DNA of 64,000 nucleotides. It comes from the human T2T-CHM13v2.0 reference genome, Homo sapiens. The first letter of the stretch is position 1. Every line of letters begins with the position of its first letter. Below are positions 1 to 15,223 of this stretch, in pieces. Under the pieces are notes generated by a model. That model made no database searches and was not told where the DNA came from. It saw only the letters and a list, made by a program, of their open reading frames with translations. The position numbers and the translations under genes were made by a program. The stretch is from the NCBI RefSeq assembly GCF_009914755.1, contig NC_060929.1, one strand, 5' to 3'.

Positions 1-714
1 ATTAATTTATTCTATCAACCTGTCATTTGATATCTGGGAGCAAGAAGGAAGAATAAATGTAAAATCCTGATTTCTTCCCTAAGCCTTTCAGTAGAAAAAA
101 ATAAATGTTGTAATCATTGAAGAAAAGTTGTTTTTCCTTAACTTTTAAAAAATTATTACCTACATACTATGTTTCCAAATGCTTCTGCCTCATGAATCTT
201 AAATTCTCATTAGCAATTGCAGACAGATTCCAGATAGCTCTGATAACACTTGTATTAAGAGGATGGCAATTAATTACATTTAAATAACAATAACCTAAAT
301 TTTAAGTGCCAGTAACCAAATTCTAATACTGTATTTCAAATCAGAGGGTAAATAAATCTTTCTTTCTCTTCAGTCACAGCTCTTTTCACTCATTATTACT
401 TTTGCAATGGAATTAAAAGGTATACTCTTCAGGCATAGCACTGAAACAGGTAGTTTGATGATTTAGGTAAAAATTACAGACATGTATAGAGTTGATAGAT
501 GAGATCATTATAGTCATTAAAAAATTGTACAGTTTTCAATGTAATTATCATATAAATTATTTTATAAAATAACTAGTATTTTTCTTTTTATAATGGAAAT
601 ACATAATACAGTTTACATACACATTTTTAGAAATACACAGAGAAAACATTATACAACAGATGCAGCAGCAAACAAAGGTGCTTTCATTTATCTCAAAGTA
701 GAGATAGACTGCTG

Positions 715-848
715 TTTTTTTTTTTTTTTAACTAAGTTCAGGGCTACACATGCAGGTTTGTTACATAGGTAAATTTGTGTCATGAGGTTTTGTTGTATAG
801 ATTATTTCATCACCCAGGTATTAAGCCTAGTAGCCATTAGTTATTTTA
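715..848 (-). mobile_element. L1PA-type LINE-1, extreme 3' end only
   Basis: Poly-T followed by AAGTTCAGGG..CATGCAGGTTTGTTACATAGGTAAA..ATTATTTCATCACCCAGGTATTAAGCCTAGT, the reverse complement of an older L1PA 3' terminus. Confidence 0.85.
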
Positions 849-2926
849 ATTTTCCATCAATCAATTCATATTGACCTAACCTATCTTAATAGATAATAAA
901 AATTGATGGTGATCAATGTCTTACAGTTCATTTTCATGATGGAAGAAGATTATAAACCAAAGTGAACAAATGATAGATCAATTTCCCAAAAGAGAAGTTT
1001 TTACACAGAATAAGCAGATGTTCCCCAATGGTATATCAGGAAAGCTATTTAGTATTGTAACATAAATGTCCAGTAATGTCTATGAAGTCTATAAATGTCC
1101 AGTAAAGTGTGTATACAAACACACACACATACACACACATACATATATTTAATTATATATCATATATTTTATATTTTTGGTTAACATTGCACAGGTTACT
1201 TTAAATAGATTATATTTTCTCAAAAGTTTAATATTAATACTAATTTAAACTATTTATTCCAGGCTGGATATTGATTACTCCAAAATGATTTATTTAATGA
1301 TATAAACAATAATGCTATTTTTATTATATACCTGCTTTTATATCTGCAAGCTGCATCTGAAATTATTATTTTTCATTCTTGCCTATCTTTGTAATTAGAA
1401 ATCTCACATATATAATCCAACAAATCCTTAAATTTAGTCTACTTTGAAATTAAAGTGTTGTCTTACATCTACAGATTAATCTCATTTCAATTTCCCAGGG
1501 ATTATAACTGGCATCTCTACTAGTCCATCATACAGGTTGCATTGTGAAATCACCTTCAATTCCCTCTTATTTTCATTTTCTAAAATCCTTCATCAACTTA
1601 TCCAAAATAATTTTCCCTTAAAATGCTTTTCAGTTTTACCCTTTCCTTTTATCTTTACTATCAAAACATATTCCAAGGAAATATCAGTTTGGATGGGATC
1701 AAAGCAAATTTGAGTGGTGCAGAGACCACAGACTTTCAGGAAAGAGGGGTGTGAATGATTTTTGGAGTACTGTGAAAATACATAATTATAGAAAGTGATA
1801 TTTAAGAAGAATGTGGTTGAAGAAAAGGAAAAGACAAAATAAATTAAGGGAAATGTACTTTTTCTCATTCTGTTAGAAACAACACAGATGGCTATAAACA
1901 TTCATTTAGAAAATAAAACCCAGGGAAAAAATAACCTTAACATTTTGAACTGAAGTGCTATGCTTAATCAGTGACAGCGACAATACCATTCTTGGTGTTA
2001 ATGCATTTTTCCACCATTTTTTAATCAAGAATGCATGATCTGTTGCTGGCATTAGCCAACTCCAGGCAGCAAAACAGATAAAATGTCAACAGTATCTACA
2101 ATAACTCATATAATCACTACACTCCTTTACATGCCACAGAGTTGGTCTGATTCAGGAAAAAAATATGAGTGGAAAATTGAATGAAGTGACTGAAGACTGA
2201 GAAGCCATATTTTCCACAATAGGCTGCAGCTCAAGACATTCCAAGGTTTTAATATTAGTAAATGCACTTTGTAGTTTCAAAATGTTTCTAAAGCTCTTAG
2301 AAAGCAGTAAGGTTAAGAGCATTATTCGATTAATAAGTCTTTGTTGCAGACAACAAAATGTTTTTAAAGGCATCTTTCTTCAGTAAATGAGATACATAAC
2401 TTCTACTCACTGATGAAACGGTAAGAGTTCATCCATCTTTGAAAACACATTCCACGTTAAAAAGTCCTTCTAGTAAAGGATCAAACCAATTGAGAGTTCC
2501 TTAGTGATGACTAAGGGAAATGTAATATTTCTTATTGGGTTTACACTTAATTTTGTTATCATAAAAATATCTTACCACACTTGTAATGTTTAATAAAAAA
2601 TTAGAATTATACTTCTTACAATCAGAAAGATGACCTACTGAAAGTATTACAAATGTCAGGGTCAGAAAAATGTAAGAATAAAGCTGGTATCATGAAAGAA
2701 CATTTCTGACTTCTGTAAAAATATCAGGATTTGGTCCCATCTCCTTCATTAATAACTTTTCATCTTGAGCAATTTATCTAATCAATCTATACAAATATAT
2801 ACAATTTTATATAAGTAATAACAAGAATAAAACCTTCATCATTACTTTACCTGAGAAAAAAGAGAGATTATGTGTGGGGGAAAAATCTAAGGAAACTGCA
2901 ATAAGCTTAAGCAAAATTTAGTTATA

Positions 2927-5661
<2,735 letters not shown>

Positions 5662-5989
5662 TGTTAGGTCTGTTTCTAACACTAATTTACTATGTTAGTA
5701 TGTGACAGTAGGTCTTTGAATATATTTTTTTTTGTGAAATGTAGCATGCAAGCAAAAATCCATGAGATAAATAGATGTATGTTTCAAAGGATGATAATAA
5801 TTTGAAGACACGCAGTTTAATAATGTTACCAATATGATTGACATCTCCTTTTGACCGTCTGATAACTCTCCTCATATACTACAAAATCACAAAATTTAAC
5901 CATTACTATGTATTTTTGATAATCATCTTGTCTTTATATTTTTATGACACATATATTTATTCCTAACTATATATGATTCAAATGGTCTT

Positions 5990-6225
5990 CTTGACAGGGT
6001 TCTGGGAGTCAAAAGGGCTAGCTTGGCTTCTTCAAAACATGGCAGTGAGCTTCCAAAAAGGAGAATTCCAAAGCAAAAATATTCAATGTGTAAGCATTTA
6101 TCAAGTGTTGTTTGCATCATGCTTGCAAATGTCTTATTGGTCAAGCCTAGAGTCAATGTGGAAGGGCACAACCCAGGGACATGTATATCGGGAGATGTGA
6201 TTCACTGGGGACCACCAAAGTCATA
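5990..6225 (-). mobile_element. Old MaLR LTR fragment (MLT1J/K-like)
   Basis: TTGCATCATGCTTGCAAATGTCTTATTGGTCAAGCCTAGAGTCAATGTGGAAGGG..GATTCACTGGGGACCACC resembles the MLT1K-type consensus. Boundaries approximate. Confidence 0.6.
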
Positions 6226-7669
6226 GTCTAGCACAGTGATCTAAAAAGCTATATGTGCAGTATCACAGAAATATTCATCTGGATAGTGGCTGCCCAAATG
6301 TGAAGACAGAATTAGATATAAGGTTTCTACTACCTAGAATGGATGCTAAGAAATGAGACACTTTATTTAGTCTTAGATGGAGAGGAAAAACAATCTGAGA
6401 GAAGGAACATAAAATCTGAGCAATACTAGCAAAACTGAAAACTTGATTTATAATCTTAGATTATTGAGCCAGATCTTCTTAAAGTCTTCCAGAAATCCCC
6501 TGTGGATCATCAGAGACAAATTTAGAAATAATCTCACTCAATAGTTGGGGGAAAAAATGAATGCAGGAATGATGATCCAGAAAGTTACATATTTCCTATC
6601 TTAGTCATGGCCCAAATTTAAAATATATCTTATATTATCCACCAAATAGAACTACCTTTAGCAGTATGATGGTTTTTCTTGATGTAACTATACTGGAGAA
6701 ATATTTGAAATTCTAGATTTTGTTGTCATTTTTGCTGCCTTCACAAACAGCCTTAATGATAGACTCGTCCCCAATAACAGAGCAGTTTTTAAATAATAAA
6801 CTTACATTGACAGAAACTTTAATGCACAGTCAGATTGGAGAGGGCTGAAGTGGTCTCTCTAGAGGCCAAGAGACTGGATGAGTCCCCATGGCAACATGAT
6901 TTCAAGTCAGTGAAATAACCATGAAATCAAAGAGTAAGGGAGCAGCTGTGGGATCTAGCACATTTAGCACAACTAATCAAACCGAGGTCAGCAGCTGGTA
7001 TAAGCTGTAAAGGGAAAAAATAAACTCCAGTGACAGGTTCTTAAAATATTGTCCACAGACACGTAAAAACAACGGTATTGTGTTGAGGTATTGCAGAAAG
7101 GGTGTTGCTCAGTTCAGCAATGTTTGCCACCATGGACAGCTAAACTGTCTTAATGAGCAGCTTCCAAAATGAAATATAATAGACAGAAGAGATGGACTGT
7201 TGGAAAAATAAGTATGGCAACTCCAAATGTCGTGCTGACAATAAATCCTAATATCTCCTGTTCATTCTATGGATGGATTTATTGAACTACATTTCATCCC
7301 ATTTCATACCTAAGACTACACAAGTTATTTTAAATCACTTTCTGGGGAACACTGTGTTTTCTAAACTATGCCATAAAAATTTACTTATTATATCTGACTT
7401 TAGGCAACCCATTTTACCTACCTGGCTTACAGTTCTATAATTTTTAAAGTAGAAGATTTGTCCTCCCTCCCCCCCGCCAAATAATTTCTGGATCTAATAT
7501 TTTATTGTGGTTCCTATTATCAACCAGTCCCTGGATAAGCTCTAGGTAAACAAAGTGGCAAAAAGCACTCTTCAAGAAATTAGTTATTTGGAAGTCTAAC
7601 ATAAATTCATGAAAATATAAATAATAAGCCAGCATGGGCTAAGCCTAATATTTTCAAAAAACATATATA

Positions 7670-7946
7670 GGTCGGGTGCAGTGGCTCATGCCTATAATCC
7701 CAGCAATTTGGGAGGCTGAGGCGGGTGGATCACCTGAGGTCAGGAGTTTGAGACCAGCCTGGGCAACTTGGTGAACCCTGTCTCTACTAAAAATACAAAA
7801 ATTAGCTGGGCATGGTGGCCGGTGCCTGTAGTCCTAGCTACTCAGGAGGATGATGCAGGAGAATTGCTTGAACAACCTCCTGGGAGGCAGAGGTTGCAGT
7901 GAGCTGAATTGCACGATTGCACTCCAGCAGGGTGAGACTTCATCTC
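7670..7946 (+). mobile_element. AluS (Sx-like), tail replaced by a purine repeat
   Basis: GGTCGGGTGCAGTGGCTCATGCCTATAATCCC..GATCACCTGAGGTCAGGAG..GAGACTTCATCTC; degenerate TSD CATATATAG (7662-7670) / CACCTATAG (8333-8341). Confidence 0.96.
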
Positions 7947-8332
7947 GGAAGGGAAGGGAAGGGGAGGGAAGGGGAGGGAAGGGGAAGGGGAAGGGGAAGG
8001 GGAAGGGGAAGGGAAAAGCGAAGGGGAAAGGGAAAGGGAAGGGGAAAGGGAAAGGGAAGGGGAAGGGGAAAGGGAAAGGGAAGGGGAAGGGGAAGAAGGG
8101 GAAGGGGAAGAAGGGGAAGGGGAAGAAGGGGAAGAAGGGGAAGGGGAAGAAGGGGAAGAAGGGGAAGGGGAAGAAGGGGAAGAAGGGGAAGAAGGGGAAG
8201 GGGAAGAAGGGGAAGGGGAAGAAGGGGAAGGGGAAGAAGGGGAAGGGGAAGAAGGGGAAGGGGAAGAAGGGGAAGAAGAAGGGGAAGGGGAAGGGGAAGA
8301 AGGGGAAGGGGAAGAAGGGGAAGGGGAAGGGG
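7947..8332 (+). repeat. Compound polypurine tandem repeat (AAGGG, GGGGAA, GGGAAA, GGGGAAGAA units)
   Basis: Read directly: 386 bp of A/G with a single C at 8019. Confidence 0.99.
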
Positions 8333-11300
8333 CACCTATAGCAAGTCCTCCAAGAATTGGGAGGAAGTAGAAATCACTTTGGGCCAATATTTTCGAAAAT
8401 TTTCCTAACAGTGGGTAGAAACTGGATAAAATAGAGTGAGTTGAGCACACTGCAAGAATGGTAACTAAAGTGAGTTTAGGTGTGGAGACAGATGTTTAAC
8501 TTTGGCCTTGAATAAGCCAACCACCACCATCTGCAATGGTGTCTCCATATATAATTTCCCAGATGTCTAAATATTTAGTCCAGATATGCACCTGCTCTGT
8601 TATTTATACCAGTTGGTCTTTTTCCTTTGCCCTATTTTCAGATGCCCACTATTCCTACTGGGGAGAAGCCCAGACTGACAATATATAAAGAGTAAGTATT
8701 GTATTGTATCTCACTTAAACAGTGCATTTTTTCTATTTGATCATTCTTCTACTTAATACACCATTTTTTTGCTCAAAAGCATGTTACTAAAAATAAAAAC
8801 AGATCACCCCTCTGACGATGCAAATGGATCTGATGTAATTAATCTATATATCTAATCGCTATATGTCAACACTCACTGACTACCTACCAATCACTTTAAA
8901 TTGAATAATTTGGACAATCGAAGAATGGTTGCTGCTCTTATGTAATCAATGTACAATATACAGATCAATCAAGGTAAGAAAGAACATATATTTTGCTTTC
9001 CAAGTCATAGTAGAAAAGACATGTAAGTGAGTTTTAACATGAGTATGTGTAAGAAGAACTTGAAGCAGATAATCTTAGAGCTCTGCTTGTCATCCTTTGG
9101 CCAACTGCAGTGATGGTGGCCCACCTGCAGCTCAATGGGGGACCATTCTATACGAGATCAGGCTCCCACTACAAGAATTCTATTTCAAACACAACATATG
9201 ACTCTATATTTTGCTGCCTTTGGGACCTCACCAAGACTGCAAAATCTTTGTCACAATTCTCAACCCCACTCACATTAGACACTCAAAAATTAATATACAC
9301 AAGTGTCTTACTATTCTGACATTGTGAAGAAAACTGCAGTTGATCCCATTTACATATCATTTTATTTGAAATATTTTATGGCAATTATTTCTTATCACAT
9401 GAAACATATTTACTTTCTGAACTTTCTTTTTAAACCAATTTCAAAATGTATAAGTTTGGCTCAGTCACAAGTTGAACCCCAAATATGTTGCTATCTGTAT
9501 CTTATTTTCTTAGTGGGAGGAATAAAGACAGTATTGAAGTGAAAGCGATTTTGTAGTCAAGGACATAGTCTCTGAAAGAGACCCTTCAGGAGATACGAGG
9601 TTGCTGGCAAAACTGGTGTTCAGCACTGGAGATACTCAGCATGGGCAACAAGTTATCAGGAAGCAGCCACTCTTAGGGATAAAGACAGGAAGTAAAAGTG
9701 ATAACAAGAATAATAGAGAAGTAGTCAGAATAGTAGAATTAAAGATGACTGAAGCCATCTAACATACCTCATAATTTTGTCAAAGCAGTTTTGGAACAGG
9801 AAGAGGTACAGCAGTAAGAAAATGCATAAATGATTCATGGTGCGTATTCCGATTGTAAATAAGTGTTGCACTTAAAGCTAGATGCCTTCTCATTTTTAAA
9901 AGTATAAAATGCTATGTCTTAAATAATAAAGAAGAGAATTACCAAGCTGAGAAATAAAAAATGCCACATCTGGGGCAGGAGTTAATATAAGACCAGCACA
10001 TGAAAAAGTTTGGATAAAATAGTTATTTGTGTATTATGAAACATCCAGACTTCAATGGAATCTTCTGCACTTGCAACCTCTTTGAAAGGTGGCTTATGCA
10101 TGCCCATGGCTTATGCATGCTCAGGGGAGCTGGTAATACTCACTCCAAGCTGCAATTGCACTTCTGTAAAACATAGACCTGTTTTAAACTGTGATCTTTC
10201 TCCAAAATTTAATTTCTCCACATTATATACCCACTATTTAATCAATGTCTTCCATATTTAAGCATAAACATAATTTGAGAAACACACATGCAAAAAGCTT
10301 TAAAACAATTTTTCAAAGTTCCAAAGATTGCTTAAAAAAAGAACATTGTAATAGGAAAAGGGGCTCTTTAGAACAAAAACAATCTAGACTTTCTGACAAA
10401 AATTAAGTATGTTTTTGTCTAATTTCCTAGCCTACCTGAGTAAACCCAGAGAAGCTTTCACATAAATTCATGAAGCATCATGCACTAAGATATTCACCAT
10501 GATATCATTGAGGGTAACGGGGAGCTGGTTACAGCCTAGATTTTCCTAAGAGGATATGTAAAAGAATTATAGTTAATGCATACTGTGAAATGCGTGATGC
10601 AGTTAGAAAAAAATAAATTTTAAGGTAATAGAGTAACATTGATAAATGTAGTAAACATTTTTTGTAAAGAGATACGTTTTTAAAAACAGCATTAAACAAG
10701 ACAGAAAACATTGATTCAGTTTATAAAATCCAAAAAAAAAAAACTTGAACACGTGCATTTTCACATATAGACACACAAGGACATATATCAAACATGTTGA
10801 ACAGATTGCATATTGGAAGAGGCAAAAGAGTAGGTATTGAGAGGAAGGAGAGAAACAGTACAGCTACATAAGGTCTTGCTTGGGAGACGGAATACTTTGG
10901 GAATAGAGAGGACTCTGAGTAATTAATGAGTTAAACTCACTCAGATTGTTTTTTTCAGGTATCAGGTGTGTCCACAAAAACTATGAATGCCAGAGGAAAT
11001 ACTTTCTGAAAGAGAGTCATGGAAGAGAGAAAGTGTTAAAGAGTTTATAGAATTCATGGGATGGTTTTAGGTCATTGTAACATAAAAATTCTGAGATTAA
11101 ATGATAGCACTTTTTTTAGTTATGTGTAAATAAAAGATGCAGAAGCATATGAACAAGGTTCAGCTGTTAGTGATTACAAAAAAGGAAAATAAATGTGTAA
11201 GAAAATGTATCATTGTGAGCAGGGATTTTTCTATATTTTATTTTAAAATTTTGTGTGAATTGCATGTTTACAAATTTATGATTTTATGTTTCATGTCGCA

Positions 11301-12198
11301 TTTGCCCTATTTTCAAAAATTCAATATTTGGCATCCTGCTTATGTAATTATATAACTCTTTATTACTTCCATGTTATGAAATATGATAACATGTTTATAA
11401 CTTGTCAAACACAGCCAAAGCTCTTCCCCCTTCCTGAACTAGAGGGAAAGATTATGTCTATATTCTCAGAAAATGAACTGCCATGGGTATTCAAAGTGAT
11501 CAACCCCACCACCTGCACCACAAAAGAATTTGAACAATTACTTTTATAACCTAGCAGTTGCTAATTTCAAATTAGGTTTCACAGAGGAGATTTTTTGAAT
11601 GAACCATAATTTGATTGCCTGTGATACACACAAATGACTATTTAGTGTATAATGCTAGAATTGTAGGGCCCATACACACCATACCCATACACACACATAC
11701 ACCACACCCACTCACATGAAACTATGCTCTTAGCTTAGACTTTGGTTGCTCTCCTCTTTTCCATTGGGTGCATTCCTCTCTTCTAGTGAGGATAAGACTC
11801 CAAATCCATGCAGCTCTTAAAAGAAGGATCATGAATTTCTGATGTCCCAAAACTCCAAGAGAATAAGAATCATACAGGATTCTAGAACACTGCTAGGCAG
11901 GAAAAGTGAGAACAGTAATGGCAAAAGTCTGACACTGAAGGCTCCCATGAGAACTCCAGGCGTGGAGGAGTAGGATCTGTGGTGTAAAATCTACCCTCTT
12001 TGGTTACACCGTAAGTTGAGTCCACAAGAATTGTGGGGAAATGGGTGCACCCCTCTTGTATACCAGCTTAGAAGAGTTAGGTTGAAAATAAAAGCACTCT
12101 TCTCATATCTTATTTCAATTTTCTTAGTTTAGAGTATAAGAATGCAACAAAGCATCAATTGAGTTATTCATAAAATACTGTATTTGGTGTATTAGTAG

Positions 12199-12575
<377 letters not shown>

Positions 12576-15179
12576 TAATATTATATTTGTATAATGGTTT
12601 TTAGTTATTGATACTATATATTACATTATAACATAGTCATGATTTTTTTTTTCTTATCAGGATTAAGGGACTAGAAGAAAATCATCCAAGAAACATAATT
12701 CTTGTATTTCTTTCTTCCTAGAGATGTCAATTATCTATCTGGATAAAAATACAGCATGTCACATTTTGCAAAGCAGACATTGGACTTAAATGGAAAATGT
12801 GTGGCACCTGTATTCTTATTTCAATCTCTTTATCTCTTTATTTGCATCTGATGTGTCAAATTATCAAGGAACTCTTTAGACAAAGAATAGGACAAGCAAA
12901 TTAAATAAGTTCTCATAAGCCTTCATCTTTTATAAATTGCCATAAAGCATAAAGATAAGATTCAAGAAAGGCTGCTATTTAAAAGTTCCTGTTTGTAGAA
13001 TAGCTTCTCTGATCTTGCCATTGTTCCTTTACATTTTTGTCTCTTCAAATTCTGGCAGGTATGCAATATCTCATACAGCAGCTTTTGAGAACAGAACTTG
13101 AATAATAAAACTTAGCAATCTGATACTTATGAAAACAGAAGAAAGGTTTATTTTTCTAACTCCAGATATAGTCAAAATTTAGTCAGTCATTGTTAGTGGT
13201 ATAAGACAAAAAGTAAACACTGCGAGTGTGACTCACGGGTTAGTCTATGTAATTCTACTTAATATGATTGTGAAAAAGTATTAAAATATAGCAATCAGCA
13301 ATATAATTGATGTAGTAATATAAGTGCAAGAAAAAATAATAAAAAAGTCATCTGGCAGAAAATATATATTTTTCTTTCTGTCTAAATCAAAATTTAAAAA
13401 TCACCAATGCTTTATAACATTTCTTTTTTATTAGAAATTACTTTAAAGACATAGTCCAAATAAATAATTGCTTAAAGATAATTTACGTTAAAGACAGATC
13501 AATATTAATTTCAGTAGGATTTATAACCGTTATGTTGGTATAAGCTTTAATTATACATATTATTGAATATTTTATTGCCCTCAACAAATCTCAATAAAAA
13601 TCTGGGCAAAAGCAAGAATCTATATTTTAATTCAATGAAAAATAAGAATTACAATTTAAAGTGTTTATTTCAGCTAAAAAAAAGTACGTAGACTTCAAAA
13701 AAAAAAATACAGCTCTTTTTATTTATAGATAGCATGATTGTCTACTTAAGTCCCCCAGGGAAAAAATGACTGAAAATAGTAAGGAAGGATAACAAAAAAA
13801 TTACAATGGCATTAAAGAAGGTGAAACACTTAGGTATGAATCTAACAGAAATGGAAGGTGTTTATATGCAAAAAACTACAAAACTTTGATGAATAAAAGA
13901 GAAGATCTAATTAAATGAAATATTTTGTTTTCATGGATTATCAGACTTGATATTATGGTATAAATTGTGCATAACTCAACCTATAAATCCAGGAAGCTAG
14001 TTTCTAGCTATTGACAAATGAATTCTAAAGTGTGTATTAAAAGGCAAAAGACCTAGAACAGCCAACACAGTGTTGAAGTAAAAACACAAAGTTGGAGGAC
14101 TTACACTATCCAACTTGAAGACTATAAGCTGCAGTCATTAACACAGTGTGATAACGGTGAAAGAACAGACACATGGATCAATGCAACAAAATAAAGTGCC
14201 CGTGTACAGACTCACACAGATAGTCCACTGACCTTTGATAAATGACCAAAGGTAATTAATAGAAGAAATGATAGCCGGTAGAACAACAGGTTCTGGAAAT
14301 AAATGGATTTCTGTATATATAAAATGAACCAAAGCAGAAAACTTGTATCTTTCATTTAAAAACTTCAAATCTACTATAGGCCCAAACATATAATGCAGAA
14401 CTATATAACTTCTAGAAGGAAACATAGGAGAAAATCTATGTGTCCTTAAACTTACTAATGAGTTTTTAGAAACAACACCAAAAGGTCAGTACATGTAACA
14501 AAATTTGGTGAGTTGGACTTTATGAAAACTAAAAGCTTCTTTCTGGAGTAAGACACTGTTAGCAAAGTCACAGATTGGAGATAATATTTACAAAACATAA
14601 ATGTGATTTAAACAATTGACTTCAAAGTATACAAGGAATTCTTAACATTTAACAGTAAGAAAGCAAACAACCCAATTTTAAAAATGGGCGAAAGATCTAA
14701 GCAGAGAAACCTCATCAAAGAAGATATACATATGAACAGAATTAAATGAAAAAATGTTTAAATTAAATTAAAATAACAAGAGATACCAGTACACTACACA
14801 TCTATTAGAACAGGTACAATTCCAAAACTAAAGTGCTACTTGCGGATAGAGCAACTGGAACTCTCATTCATTGTTGGTGGGAATGCACAATGGCATAAAC
14901 ATGTTGCAAGGCAGTTTGGCAGTTTTTTTGCAAATCTAAACATAAAATCCAGTAAATATACTAAGTATTTACTACCTACTTAATTTCAAATTTATGCCTC
15001 CACAAAAGCCTACCTGCCAATGTTTACAGAAACGCAATCCATAATCATTGAAAACTGGAAGCAATCAGATGTCTTTGGATAGAAGAATGGATAAACAAAC
15101 TGTGATACATCCATGCAATACAGTATTACTCAGTAGCAAAAAGAAATTAGTTATCAAGCCACGAAAAAACAGAGATGAA

Positions 15180-15181
<2 letters not shown>

Positions 15182-15219
<38 letters not shown>
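15182..15219. repeat. (GT)19 microsatellite
   Basis: Perfect dinucleotide run. Confidence 0.99.

Positions 15220-15223
<4 letters not shown>

Noticed and set aside
7842-8450. Longest ORFs in the window (131-202 aa) as protein-coding genes
   Set aside because: They consist of Alu sequence plus a stop-free simple repeat; no domain, promoter or exon structure supports them.
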